NCBI GenBank assembly: GCA_002269645.1 | Contig: NIVC01001263.1 | Coordinates: forward strand, 62,001-126,000 | Direction of reading: 5' to 3' | DNA length: 64,000 nt | Source of the DNA: Macrostomum lignano | Taxonomy: Eukaryota | Shown: one piece after another, positions 44,801 through 57,144 of the stretch | How positions within the stretch are numbered: position 1 is the first letter of the stretch | Layout: each line of letters opens with the position of its first letter | Position numbers and translations under genes: made by a program | Notes under the pieces: generated by a model | Told to the model about the DNA's origin: nothing | What the model saw: the letters and a program-made list of their open reading frames with translations, nothing else | Databases searched by the model: none

Positions 44801-47800
44801 TCAGCCTCCCCACCCACCCTATCAGCCTCCCCACCCATCCTATCAGCCTCCCCACCTACCCTATCAGCCTCCCCACCCTATCAGCCTCCCCACCCATCCT
44901 ATCAGCCTCCCCACCCACCCCATCAGCCTCCCCACCCATCCTATCAGCCTCCCCACCCACCCTATCAGCCTCCCCACCAGCCTATCAGCCTTCCCACCAG
45001 CCTATCAGCCTTCCCACCAGCCTATCAGCCTTCCCACCAGCCTATCAGCCTTCCTACCAGCCTATCAGCCCTCCCACCAGCCTATCAGCCTTCCCACCAG
45101 CCTATCAGCCTCCTCACCAGCATTCGTCGCACTGGTGAGTGGCTAGTCAATTTGGAATACAATACCAGCATTTGACAAGCTGCGAGACACTTATCAGCAG
45201 TTACTGGCTTGGCTGGTCAAATTTTGGTCAAAAGCTTTTGCTGGTTAAGTGTGGAATGCTGGTGAAAAGTGCGTACTTAGCCTCCATTGCATCTCGAAAG
45301 CTGGTTAAGCTTTCGTCAGGAGTGCAAAGGCGTGTAGGGACCTTGATTTCTTCTAGTCAGAATTTTCGATGCAACTGCCCTTCATTGACTAGACCCTATT
45401 CGTGTCTTGGGTAGGGTTACTTTCATTGCGACTGCCCCGGGTGACAGGGCTCAAACTATCTTCCCGCATCACACAGCTGCCTTTGCAGTAACTGGGTTGA
45501 GTAACTAACTCAAACTTTACCACCGATTTTTAGAACTTTATAAAAATAGATTCGTGAAACTTGAGCTTTTTCAGGAGTTTTCACACTACTGCTATGAAAT
45601 CTGCTTATGAAAGAATTGTTATACGGTTAGAAGATTTTTTTTTAACTAATGAAAGTGATATGCTGTGGTATCTTTTAAATGACAATGCTGACTTTCTTAT
45701 CCTCACAGACGTCTGCACAGACGTTAACACCTGGCGTTTTAAAGAACTTTTGCCAGTTATAGCATTTTAAAACAATCATTCAAGTGACAATGCCGGTAAT
45801 TTTGGCAGACAATCGTGTTGTACCCACTTCAAAGCGGCGCGTATGAGACACACGAGATTTGACTCCGACTGTAGTAATAAGTCGCGTCCTATCAGCCTCC
45901 TCATCAACCTTATCAGCCCCACCCACCACGATATCAGCCTCCCCACCTACACTATCAGCCTCCCCACCCACCATATCAGCCTCCCCACCCACCATACCAG
46001 CCTCCCCACTCACCCTATCAGCCTCCCCACACACCATATTAGCCTCTTCACCCACCCTATTAGCCTCTTCACCTACCCTATTAGCCTCCCTATCATATCA
46101 TATCTATCATATCAGCCTCCCCACTACCCTACCAGCCTCCCCGCCGACTCTCCCCAGCTGTAACCGTCCCACAGCACATGCAAGCGGCGCACCTGAACAA
46201 GCTGCAGATGAGATGGGCAAAGTTGTACCGCAGCAGGTGCTTCCAGGCCGCGTGCAGCATGCAGGACGGCTGCTCCCGAGTCTCCTCCTTGAGCATCTTG
46301 TGCAGCATGCCAGTGTAGTTGGTGTAAATGAAGCTGCCCCGAGCCGAAGGCGGTCTCGGAATGAGAAACTCGAATCGCTTGGCCTCATGGGCTAGCAGGT
46401 CCTCCGCTCGCTGCATCAGGCGGTCCAGCTCGCCCAGCAGGGAGTCTGTGAAGGGCTTGGCGGGGGCCCAGTGCATTCTGTCCTTGGGGTCGAAGACGCT
46501 GGTGCGCAGGCTGGGGAGATGCTGCCGCACCGTGCAGAGCTCCTGGCAGTCCAGGTTGGCGCAGATTTTCAGCACATGCTCGGTGGCCTCCTGGAGCTTG
46601 CAGGCTTGGCCGGTGCCAGGACTGGCGGTCAGGCCCACGATCTGCGGCAGCCGCTTGCCCGGGTTGGAATCCCGGTACTGGGGAATGCGATGGACAGGGG
46701 GGACAGCTATTAGCTTAGTCACTAGCGGGTCGCCATCACAAGCCCGCAAAAATCACAATTCCGAAATTTCTAACAACGACCAATGGTATTTTGATTTTCG
46801 GAATTGTGATATTTCGGTTTTATGAATTATGATGGTAAGCGCCTTTCGGAGGCTGTGATTTTGCGGGCTTGTGATGCCCCCCGTCACTATAACTGTCAGA
46901 TCACCTCAGTCCTAGCAGCCGTCATTGTTAACATCGGGTTTGTGTCCGATATGTTTATTGACAAAAATGCAGTAATTAAGTGCCTAAAGACCTCTGACAT
47001 TACGGCCGCTTATGCACTCAGTGCAGTGGCATTCAGTGATCAGATTTAATCATCAGTAAAATGTGTATCTCCATCTTCATCTGCACAACTCCATCAGTAA
47101 ACACAATACTTTACACAGGAATGCACTCATACACACGCTCACACAGGGTGTACAGGGGCTTGACTTTCTAAACCTTAGGCAGGTACACTCTGTGTGGCCT
47201 GGGGGTTGGCTCTCACGGGTGAGTCGCTTGACAACCCACCGGCCGATAAATATGAGGCCGCACCAGACCTGAAAGTAAAGATCCATGATCTTCTTGCTAG
47301 GGTGGTCCTTGTCACAGTGGTGGCACTCGTCGAAGATCAGCAGACTGAACTTGGCAACGTCCCCGGCCAGGCCGTCCTCGCTCTCATCTAGCAGATTGTT
47401 GAGCAGTATCTGGGTGCTCAGCACCAGCACAGAGTGATCCCGCAGTGAATAGGACAGCGGGAACTGCTCCACTGAGCCGCCGCGAACGCAGATGACGCGA
47501 CTTCGATGCGGCTCGGGCAGGCCGTTTTTGAATGCCGCGTACTGCTGATCAACCAGCTGCGTGCGGTCGGCCAGAAACGCCACCTGGGATTGGCCAGTTT
47601 TAGCATCAGTTTATAAAATAGAATTTGCATACGCTAGCTGCTCTACTTAATCGTAGTTAGTAGCAAGTATTGAAAAATAGCAAAATTCTTGGGGGAGAGT
47701 GACCTGGGTTTTTGTGTCAGTGCGTATGGCATGACAGGTTAACTTCAATTTTGGTATCGGGCTATTTTCAAGTAGTTTGAAGTATCAATAATTTCATAAT

Positions 47801-50800
47801 TCCTGGGATTACTGGGATTCAAATGATTGTCAAATTTGATTAATCTGTAAGCATGGAGCCCTGAAGACTTCTGTGGGTCTGAGAGGCTCGGCAGTGTAAA
47901 GTCAGGCTTAGAGAAGTTGGTATCTTGTTTGATTTTTATTTTTTAGACTGACGCCAGTTGACATCGGATCTTCCTTTTTGAGATCATCCCCGGGGTTCGC
48001 AAGCAGCCCCGCCGCACCTTGGCTCCGTCCGGATCCTCAGCCAGGCGGCGGGCAGCGATCTCGATGCCCACCAGAGTCTTGCCGGAGCCGGTGGGCGCCA
48101 CCACCATGCAGTTGCGGCCGGCCAGGCCCGCCTCCGCCAGCTCCAGCTGGTAAGCCCGCATCTGCTGCCTGCTGCTGCGCTCCGCCTCCTCCACCTCAGC
48201 CTCCTCCTGTGAGGCTGCGCCGACTGGCAGCTGCGGGCCATTGTCGCCTCCGCCGCTGGCTGCAGCCGCTTTCGCGGCCGGGTCTTCCCTAGTCGTTTCA
48301 GCGAATTCCGACGGCAGCTCCTCGAAGGCGTAGGCATTGGCGCGGATGAACGAGTCGAAGGCGGTCCGGACAATTTGCTCGGCTCTGTCGCGCTCAGCGC
48401 CAGTCTCGTCCAGGCGCCTCTGCAGGTCCGCAAGGCTGCAGCGCTGGCCTGGCGCGGGTGGTGGTAATGTTAGCAGTATGCACGAGTTACCTTACTGCTA
48501 GCTGATGTGTAAATACAGGATCAAACTGATCTGTAAGCCAGTAACCCAACCCAAACATAACCTAAAGCTGCAGAGGTCGGCAAACTTTTTTTACCTAAAA
48601 AGGGCCAAATAAACAATCCAGCTCATGGCTGCGGGCCAGGTGACAGGAAAGGAGAGGGAGTAGAAGATGAGAGTTAAGAGAAGAGGGGAGAGGAGGGAGA
48701 GACCTAAGAGGGGAGAGGAGAGAACAGAGAAAAAGATAGAGGGGAGAGAGGAGAGAAGAGAAGGGGAGCTGGGAAGAGACAGACCTTGAGTGGGTTAAGG
48801 TCTGTGCCTGTACTCAGAAGCAAGCCAGATTGCTATTGTGAAAAATCAAAAGACACGAGGGCCGGCTAGAGAGGCTTCGTGAGCTGCAAGCCGGAGTTTG
48901 CCGACCCCTGACCTAAAGCATGTACTCCAACCCAAACATTACCTAAAGCATGTACTGTAACCCAAACATTACCTAAAGCATGTACTCTAACCCAAACATT
49001 ACCTAAAGCATGTACTCTAACCCGAACATTACCTAAAGCATGTACTCTAACCCGAACATTACCTAAAGCATGATTTACTCTAACCCGAACATTACCTAAA
49101 GCATGTACTCTAACCCAAACATGACCTAAAGCATGTACTCTAACCCGAACATTACCTAAAGCATGTACTCTAACCCAAACATTACCTAAAGCATGTACTC
49201 TAACCCGAACATTACCTAAAGCATGTACTCTAACCCAAACATTACCTAAAGCATGTACTCTAACCCGAACATTACCTAAAGCATGTACTCTAACCCGAAC
49301 ATTACCTAAAGCATGTACTCTAACCCGAACATTACCTAAAGCATGTACTCTAACCCGAACATTACCTAAAGCATGTACTCTAACCCGAACATGACCTAAA
49401 GCATGTACTCTAACCCAAACATTACCTAAAGCATGTACTCTAACCAAAACATTACCTAAAGCATGTATTCTAACCAAAACATGACCTAAAGCATGTACTC
49501 TAACCCAAACATTACCTAAAGCATGTACTCTAACCAAAACATTACCTAAAGCATGTATTCTAACCAAAACATGACCTAAAGCATGTACTCTAACCCAAAC
49601 ATTACCTAAAGCATGTACTCTAACCCGAACATTATCTAAAGCATGATGTACTCTAACCCGAACATTACCTAAAGCATGTACTCTAACCCGAACATTACCT
49701 AAAGTATGTACTCTAACCCGAACATTACCTAAAGCATGATGTACTCTAACCCAAACATTACCTAAAGCATGTACTCTAACCCGAACATTACCTAAAGCAT
49801 GATGTACTCTAACCCGAACATTACCTAAAGCATGTACTCTAACCCAAACATTACCTAAAGCATGTACTCTAACCCAAACATTACCTAAAGCATGTACTCT
49901 AACCCAAACATTACCTAAAGCATGTACTCTAACCCAAACATTACCTAAAGCATGTACTCTAACCCGAACATTACCTAAAGCATGTACTCTAACCCAAACA
50001 TTACCTAAAGCATGTACTCTAACCCGAACATTACCTAAAGCATGTACTCTAACCCAAACATTACCTAAAGCATTTACTCAGCCGAAGCATAACTTAAAGC
50101 ATTTACTATAACCTTAAGCATGTACCCTAGCACAAAGCATGGAAACCATTATTAAATGCTGCAACCCAACTGGAAACCTAGACCAGTCCTCACCCTGCAC
50201 CAGATACTCCTCAAAGCCGGGCAGCAGCCTCTCCAGGTGATGGCAGTTCCCCTCAGAGTACACAATAGCTGTCAGAAACTTGGCTGGCCACTCCTCGTGC
50301 TTCATCAGCACTGATAGAAGCGCTGGCATCTCTAAAATATTAGCGATTGCAAAATTAATTGTATTGGGAAAATTTTCTTGTGCACCTGACTCAGGTAAAA
50401 CAGGCAAGGTAGGATAGTTTGTGAGAGGATTGGATTGATTTGAGATAAACAGAGCAAGACAGTGTATAGATAAACTGCAGTACTGCGATAGCTGGGTATT
50501 TGTACTTTGACATCCGGATTTGGTTGCAAAATGGACTGATTAATGCGGGGAGATGGGATCGGGGCGTAATTTGGTAGATTGGATCACTGAGACATGTTAG
50601 GGGAGATAGAATTAGGGAGATTGAATCGGGAGATAACTGGGAGAATGAGGGACATAGGATTAGAGAGATGGGATTGGGGGAGTGGAATCGGTAAGATGGG
50701 ATTGAGGAGATTGGATCAAAGAGATGAGATTGGGGATAGGATTGGAGAGATGGGATTGGGAGATAAGATCGGAGAGATGGGATCGGGGAGATGGGATTGG

Positions 50801-52947
50801 GGAGAGATGGGATTGGGGAGATGGTATTGGTGAGATAGGATCGGAGAGATGGGATTGGGGAGATAGGATTGGGGAGATGGGATCGGAGAGATAGGATAGG
50901 AGAGATGGGATCGAAGAGATGGGATTGGGGAGATAGAATCGGAAAGATGGGATTGGGGAGAGATGGGATTGGGGAGATGGTATTGGTGAGATAGGATCGG
51001 AGAGATGGGATTGGTGAGATAGGATGAAGGAGAGATGTGGGAAACACCCGTAAAGGAATTCCTATGCTTTCCCTACACGCGCGCTCCAACCACCTACTTC
51101 GTTCACTTTTGCGCACGTCTTCAACGTCATTTTCAGTCAGGGCGTTAAAGTCACACAGCGTGGTCAGCAGCAGGTCGTTCACCAGGCTGTCGTTCTCGCC
51201 CGACTTGCCATCGCTGCCCAGCAGGCAATGCCGGTAGTGCTCAGCCAGGCAGTCCAGCAGCCGGCGCTCCGACTCAGAGCGGCGCCGTTTCAGCAGCGCC
51301 ACGGCCTCGGTGAAGCGCTCTGCAGGGCGCGGCGTCAACTTCTTATGTCTTACCGTATCTCACCAATCCGTCTTTGTATGTCCTACTGTATCTCACCAAT
51401 CCATCTTTGTATGTCCTACTGTATCTCACCAATCCGTCTTTGTATGTCCTACCGTATCTCACCAGTCCGTCTTTGTATGTCCTACCGTATCTCACCAGTC
51501 CGTCTCTGTATGTCCTAATGTATCTCACCAATCCGTCTTTGTATGTCCTACCGTATCTCACCAGTCCGTCTCTGTATGTCCTACCGTATCTCACCAGTCC
51601 ACTCCGTATGTCCTACCGTATCTCACCAATCCGTCTTTGTATGTCCTACTGTATCTCACCAGTCCACTCTGTATGTCCTACCGTATCTCACCAGTCCACT
51701 CCGTATGTCCTACCGTATCTCACCAGTCCACTCCGTATGTCCTACCGTATCTCACCAGTCCACTCCGTATGTCCTACCGTATCTCACCAGTCCACTCCGT
51801 ATGTCCTACCGTATCTCACCAGTCCACTCCGTATGTCCTACCGTATCTCACCAGTCTACTTACATCCCTTAAGCATCTTACCACTCTACTTCACCAGTCC
51901 TGCACATCACAAAAGGTAAAATTTAAGGACATTTAAACCAGCATGTACACTCTTGGTAAGCAGCTTGCGCTGAGAAATACTTACGCCTCTCCAGCAGCTC
52001 GCAGAAGTGAAAGTACTTTTTCTCTAGTCTCGACTCGCGCAGCTTCTCAAATACCAGGTCATTCAGCCCGTAGATCTGCTCAAGATTCTGCGCCGAGTTG
52101 TCAGGTATTAATACTTCAAATATCAGCGAAAGCTCGTTGAGATCCGCTAACAGTGAGAGTTGATTGGCGAATTCACAAATCAGAGTGAATTTAAATGCTG
52201 CTACCCTCCCCAATGCCAGTGATTCAGAGAGCTGCTGCACCCTCCCCAATGCCAGTGATTCAGAGAGCTGCTGCTACCCTCCCCAATGCCACAGTGATTC
52301 AGAGAGCTGCTGCTATTCTCCCCAATGCCACAATGATTCAGAGAGCTGCTGCTACCCTCCCCAATGCCACAGTGATTCAGAGAGCTGCTGCTATTCTCCC
52401 CAATGCCACAGTGATTCAGAGAGCTGCTGCTACCCTCCCCAATGCCACAGTGATTCAGAGAGCTGCTGCACCCTCCCCAATGCCACAGTGATTCAGAGAG
52501 CTGCTGCTACCCTCCCCAATGCCACAGTGATTCAGAGAGCTGCTGCTATTCTCCCCAATGCCACAGTGATTCAGAGAGCTGCTGCACCCTCCCCAATGCC
52601 AGTGATTCAGAGAGCTGCTGCTACCCTCCCCAATGCCACAGTGATTCAGAGAGCTGCTGCACCCTCCCCAATGCCACAGTGATTCAGAGAGCTGCTGCAC
52701 CCTCCCCAATGCCACAGTGATTCAGAGAGCTGCTGCTCCCCTCCCCAATGCCACAGTGATTCAGAGAGCTGCTGCTACCCAAGTCCATTTGATAAACAAA
52801 TAACTCACACTGCACAATGCACTTCTGTAAATCCTCATTGTAGCTAAGAATATTTGGCAGAAAGCGGCGTAGCTCCGGCCAGTGCACCTCCAATTGCAAC
52901 TGGCATCGGCTGTCCTCATTAGCCACATGACTTGTAGCTGTTGGCAT
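41839..52947 (-). CDS. RIG-I-like receptor (RIG-I/MDA5 family DExD/H helicase): N-terminal death-fold/CARD-like region, Hel1-Hel2i-Hel2, pincer and Zn-binding CTD, ~1037 aa
   Basis: Exons 5'->3': 52947-52809, 52146-51985, 51319-51098 (donor uncertain), 50331-50194, 48448-48018, 47583-47269, 46677-46193, 44348-43934, 43774-43508 and 42378-41839; phases consistent (3114 nt). Motifs: APTGSGKT, FLADRTQLVDQQ, DECHH, PQIVGLTASPG, RVIIFVQQR, ILISTSVSEEGLDV, MVQSKGRGRA, and CTD CVGC...CAKC..WG. The start exon is less certain than the helicase and CTD exons. Confidence 0.92.
42500..43400. repeat. 20-bp minisatellite in the last RLR intron
   Basis: (CACATTAACATCCTCAAAGA)n. Confidence 0.95.
44400..46140. 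repeat. Two related ~20-21-bp arrays (44400-45120 and 45888-46140) in one RLR intron
   Basis: CTATCAGCCTCCCCACCCACC-type units separated by about 770 bp of unique sequence. Confidence 0.9.
48571..48910. mobile_element. hAT-type MITE (~340 bp)
   Basis: TIRs CAGAGGTCGGCAAACT (48571-48586) and AGTTTGCCGACCCCTG (48895-48910), 16 bp with 1 mismatch. ACCTAAAG occurs on both flanks (48560-48567, with 3 extra nt before the TIR, and 48911-48918). GA-rich interior, no ORF. Confidence 0.7.
48911..50095. repeat. 30-bp minisatellite in an RLR intron
   Basis: (ACCTAAAGCATGTACTCTAACCCGAACATT)n, about 39 copies. Confidence 0.97.
50540..51035. repeat. Degenerate GA-rich array (GAGATGGGATTGGG-like)
   Basis: Direct inspection; lies in an RLR intron. 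Confidence 0.8.
51345..51865. repeat. 32-33-bp minisatellite in an RLR intron
   Basis: TATGTCCTACCGTATCTCACCAGTCCACTCCG-type units. Confidence 0.9.
52195..52780. repeat. 37-39-bp minisatellite in RLR intron 1
   Basis: CTCCCCAATGCCACAGTGATTCAGAGAGCTGCTGCTACC-type units. Confidence 0.92.
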
Positions 52948-55189
52948 TTCTAGGCCAATCTTATGCAATAGTTTGATACATGCATTAAAGTATAAGGCAT
53001 TAAGACTTATTATTAACCAGCATAAAAAATAGTACTTAAACAGAAACTGGATTTTAGCTTAGGTCTAATATAGGGTTAAAAATAAATAAGGCCAGGGCAG
53101 TGGGTTTAAAATAATTATATGGCTAATTCTAGTAGTTGTAAATAGTAAAGTAGACATTATATATTTATATTAGGCCCTATACAAAAATGAATAATTATAT
53201 TGCTCATGAATGTTAGGAATATCCTTTATTGGCTATAAGCTAATTTTTGGTAAAAAAAATAATGTAAAATATCAAGTTAAATATCAAGATCATTAATATT
53301 AAGATAGGGGCCTACTAGGGCCTATGCTAGACTCCTTGAACTTTAAGTGCAATAGCTTTCTTCCCTTTCTATAAAAATGCAAAAATAGGCCCTGCAACAA
53401 ATAAGGATTTCTAAGCCTAAGGTAGGCTTAATAATATTAAGATAACTATGTTTTGCTAATACAATAATTAGTAAAGTAAGCTATTACCTTATAAAGCTAC
53501 ATGATCCAAAACAAATTGCAATGCAATTTATAGCATCTAAACTTCCAATAATATGCAGAATCTATGCATAAAAAGGTCTACTTTTAGCAATCCATGCAGA
53601 TCTACAACTAGATATTTAATGAAGTATTTTTTCTTGAAAATAAGCCATATTTTAATTCAATTTTCGCAGAAATGGTTACTGGAATAATGAATGAACCATC
53701 ATAAAACTCAGCTAGGTAGGGCCTAATCTGCTAGGCCTAGATAGGCCTATATTAACTATTAAGCTTATTTAAGCTATAGTATATAGTCCCTTGACTATCA
53801 CAATGTAAAATAAACACAAAATTACAAGTCTCAACACAAAAGCTATTTCGAACCTTGACTAAATTGATTGACTGGGCATATGATTGCTTCTTAGAGGAGG
53901 CCAATTCTTATATTATTGTTGAATGACTATTTGGATGGCTGTGGTTTTCTCGGTTTTTCCAAGACATTTCTTGTCCGTCCATTCATACCCGGCCGGTGTA
54001 CACTTGATATTCTAGGTGTACGCTCGTGCTTACACGTGCGATAGCTAAATTTGCAGCCGTGTTTAGTGTACATTGTTCAAGTGAAGTCAACGTGCACACA
54101 TTGAAAATTGACAAAGCAACTGGGGCTGAAGCAACTGTGCCTCAAATCTGGTTAAAAAATCGAGAGAAATTGAGGTCGAAAAATATTATTTATTTCACAC
54201 TGTTGAAATGCTTATAGGAGTCATTTTGTTTTGACTAATTTATTTATTTATTTTAGGAAATAAATAATTTAAATTTTAATCAAATTAAAGCCTCTTGGTT
54301 CGTGGAGGAGAGAGACCGCACGAAGATTCAAGCAGGGGACACGATCCTACCAACGGCCCCTTGAGGAACTATAGAGGAACTATATGAAGAACTATATGAG
54401 GGACAGCTATATGAGGAACTATATGACGAACTATTATATATGAGGGACTATGAGGAACTATGATGAATTGATATACTTGGTATTTGGTATTAGGAGGTCA
54501 AAATTTACAAGACAGCATAAATAAATAAGCAACGCAGGTGTCACCCGCACCACGCCTACACACTGGCACGAAGCCTACTGTCGCCCAAAAAGCACATTTA
54601 AGGTTTGGCGAAGCGACAACTACAAAAGCAGCAAAATGGGGAGGACAGTGAGCGTATGAATGGGGAGGGAGCAAAGAAAGAACAGTGTGAGACAAGGGCA
54701 AGCAGACATCAACTGATGGCTGCTACGGTTAGCCATTAGCGACATTACCATCAGAGATGTACCGCAAAATCGCCGAGCTGACAGCTGAGCCTATATCGAC
54801 CAGCTCACGAGAGGTGGGGTCTGCAATCTTAATGCGGCCGGAAGCCGGAGGTTACGGATCATGTCCTGGGTGCAGTGGTGATCTCGTCGATCCTTTGTAG
54901 GTGGCCGAGATGTCTCCGCGTTTTGTTGTGTTCGGCTCATATTTGGCCCTCATACGGCGCATATGGTGGATTCCGCTCTCACTCGGAGTGAAGGAGACTA
55001 ATTTCGGGGCACCATCATGTGGCTTCTTGGGATCTGTTGTTCTTCGGCCGCTGTTGTCAGATATCGGGGTAGGCTAGCTGTTCGACATGTGCCGAGGCAG
55101 GTGTGGCCGAAGTGCCCTCTGGTTGTCGCAGTCAATCAATTAATTCGAGTGTAAAGTGGATCGCTTCAATAGTAGAAGGTATACGAAGG

Positions 55190-55560
55190 TCAGAGCCAAC
55201 ATTATTTAGTAGAGCCGATGCATTTCGAACAAAAAGCGGTCCAGAAAGAGGCCTGTGAAATTAGGTTTGCGGAAGACGCCAGTGACAACACCACTCTCAC
55301 CGGCATACACGTCAATTTCGAGGAGGGGGAGACTCCTGCCACCCCTCAACGGTGTAAATTGGATGTTCACGAGTTGAGTTGATGGCGTTGAGAAACTCAT
55401 CCTTTTTAGTAAATAAGCGTCAAAAATGGTGAAAGTGTCATCGGCATAGCGTCTATTAAAACATTGGAGTAGAGGACAGCTTAAGCCATTCCTTCTCCCC
55501 GTGGTTCATGCAGATATTTGCAAGGGTGGGGGCCAGTGGGCTTCCCATGGCACAGTCGGC
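55190..55560 (-). mobile_element. Second decayed Penelope-like RT fragment
   Basis: The minus strand reads GSPLAPTLANICM...RRYADDTFTIF...NIQFT...LPLLEIDV...TGVFRKPNFTGLFL, across frameshifts. Confidence 0.75.
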
Positions 55561-56405
55561 AATTTGGCGGTAATATTTGTCTTGGAAGAGGAAGACAACT
55601 AAATGTGTTCCGAGGTGTGGAGGCGCACATTAGTGTGTGCACTCTTAATCGCTTTATCCTTTAGTTAATTGTCTTTCTAAAGCACAACTTTTTATCTCGT
55701 GCTTCAAAATTGTCCAACTGTCTCCCGTCTATTGGACTATATATACGTACCTGGTACCTCTATTTATTGTAACGAGCTAAAAAAACTTTTCGTTTGATCA
55801 TAAAAAATATTTTGCCCTGACGATGACCGGTTGTCCTTTTGACGCCTCACCGGATCAGTTGTGGCGAACTCAAATAAATGAGGCGTAAAAGGCGGCCGTC
55901 CCGTCCGTGTATATACGAGCTAGTACCTGCACTGTCTGGTGCTTTTTATTTACAGATAAATTTAACAGAAAGTTCTAGAATTCGGGAATATTGGGGATGT
56001 GTGTGCTCGCGGGAGATTAAATTTCCTAATATAGAAAGTTTTATTTACTCGTTCGTAGGCGGGAATTTCTAGAGAAGGCTGGATGCAATAACACTGTTTT
56101 GACATAAAAGCATTACTTCAAGGGAAACTTACAGTCCTCTGATCAGTGACAGGAGTTTCCGTCTCAGCTACCAAGGTCTGTCTATTTGTTCGCCCTAGCG
56201 GAAATCCAACCAGTCAAGGAAGCTCAAACGGGGTCTGCGGAATAATCCAATCATATAATTTAATTTAATTTAGTAAATAGGTAAACAGTTTTGCACACAG
56301 CCCGCTGCTTAGGTCAGACTGCTGCCGACTCAATTTACTATGGTCTCAGCATACTCGCACATGTATGTACTTGGACGCCTCACGGTTGTAGTGCACGTTA
56401 CTAAG

Positions 56406-57144
56406 CAAAGGGGATGTGCACTTAAGAGTCAAAATGGAGCCTGAAGCATTGGGTCCCGATTTCTCTACGCAAATTCCTTCATTTGTAGCCAAATAGCTCC
56501 CGTTATGCCGAAAACCCGACCAATTTAGCGTTTGGGGATCTTTATGGGGAGAAACGGGATAAATGAGGATTTCATGTGAACTTACGAGCTAAGGCTCTAG
56601 GAGCTTCAACTACTTAAATGACGAGATGACCATGATGACCAGATGACCAGAGCGTTAGCATGGTCATCACGCGATCAACGACTAACCCATCTGGCGACCA
56701 GATCCAACAGTCCCAGAACGACCACACCACAGCCTCTGCTGAAGCGGCCCATGCTGCGGGGCAGCCGCACGTCGAACATGGCGGCCAGCCGGCAACTTCA
56801 GCCACCCCGACTTTGGATTTTCCCGTCTCATCCCCGATCACTGCCTCGTCACCTGCTGCACGACGTCAACGCCCTCCTCACCTCCATGACTGCAATGTGC
56901 AGCAGAATCAGCTGCTCAATCAACAGCTCACCGCTAATACCCATCCTGCCCCGACTTCAGCGTCGTCATCCGCTACGAGTGATCGCGATCCGGCCGCTCT
57001 CATCCGCTCCACTACTGTCCTTTTGAAGGTTCGTCTACCCAAAAATCGACGGCACCGACCCTGCTGCATTCCCGTAGTCCCGTAGAGAAATCGGGACCCA
57101 ATGCTTCAGGTTCCATTTTGACTCTTAAGTACACAGCCCATTTG
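56406..57144. repeat. Long inverted repeat (64-bp arms, 4 mismatches) around a ~610-bp spacer
   Basis: Arm 56406-56469 is the reverse complement of 57081-57144 (core CTTAAGAGTCAAAATGGAGCCTGAAGCATTGGGTCCCGATTTCTCTACG). Confidence 0.85.

Noticed and set aside
55817-55892. Hammerhead-like CTGACGA followed by stems near a Penelope-like fragment
   Set aside because: No GAAA directly follows stem II, there is no stem III or cleavage triplet, and it is opposite in orientation to the RT fragment. Only a ~14-bp hairpin (55835-55849/55879-55892) is supported.
56422-57128. piggyBac element bounded by TTAA
   Set aside because: Inverted identity extends outside both TTAA sites, the ends lack CCY/RGG termini, and there is no transposase.
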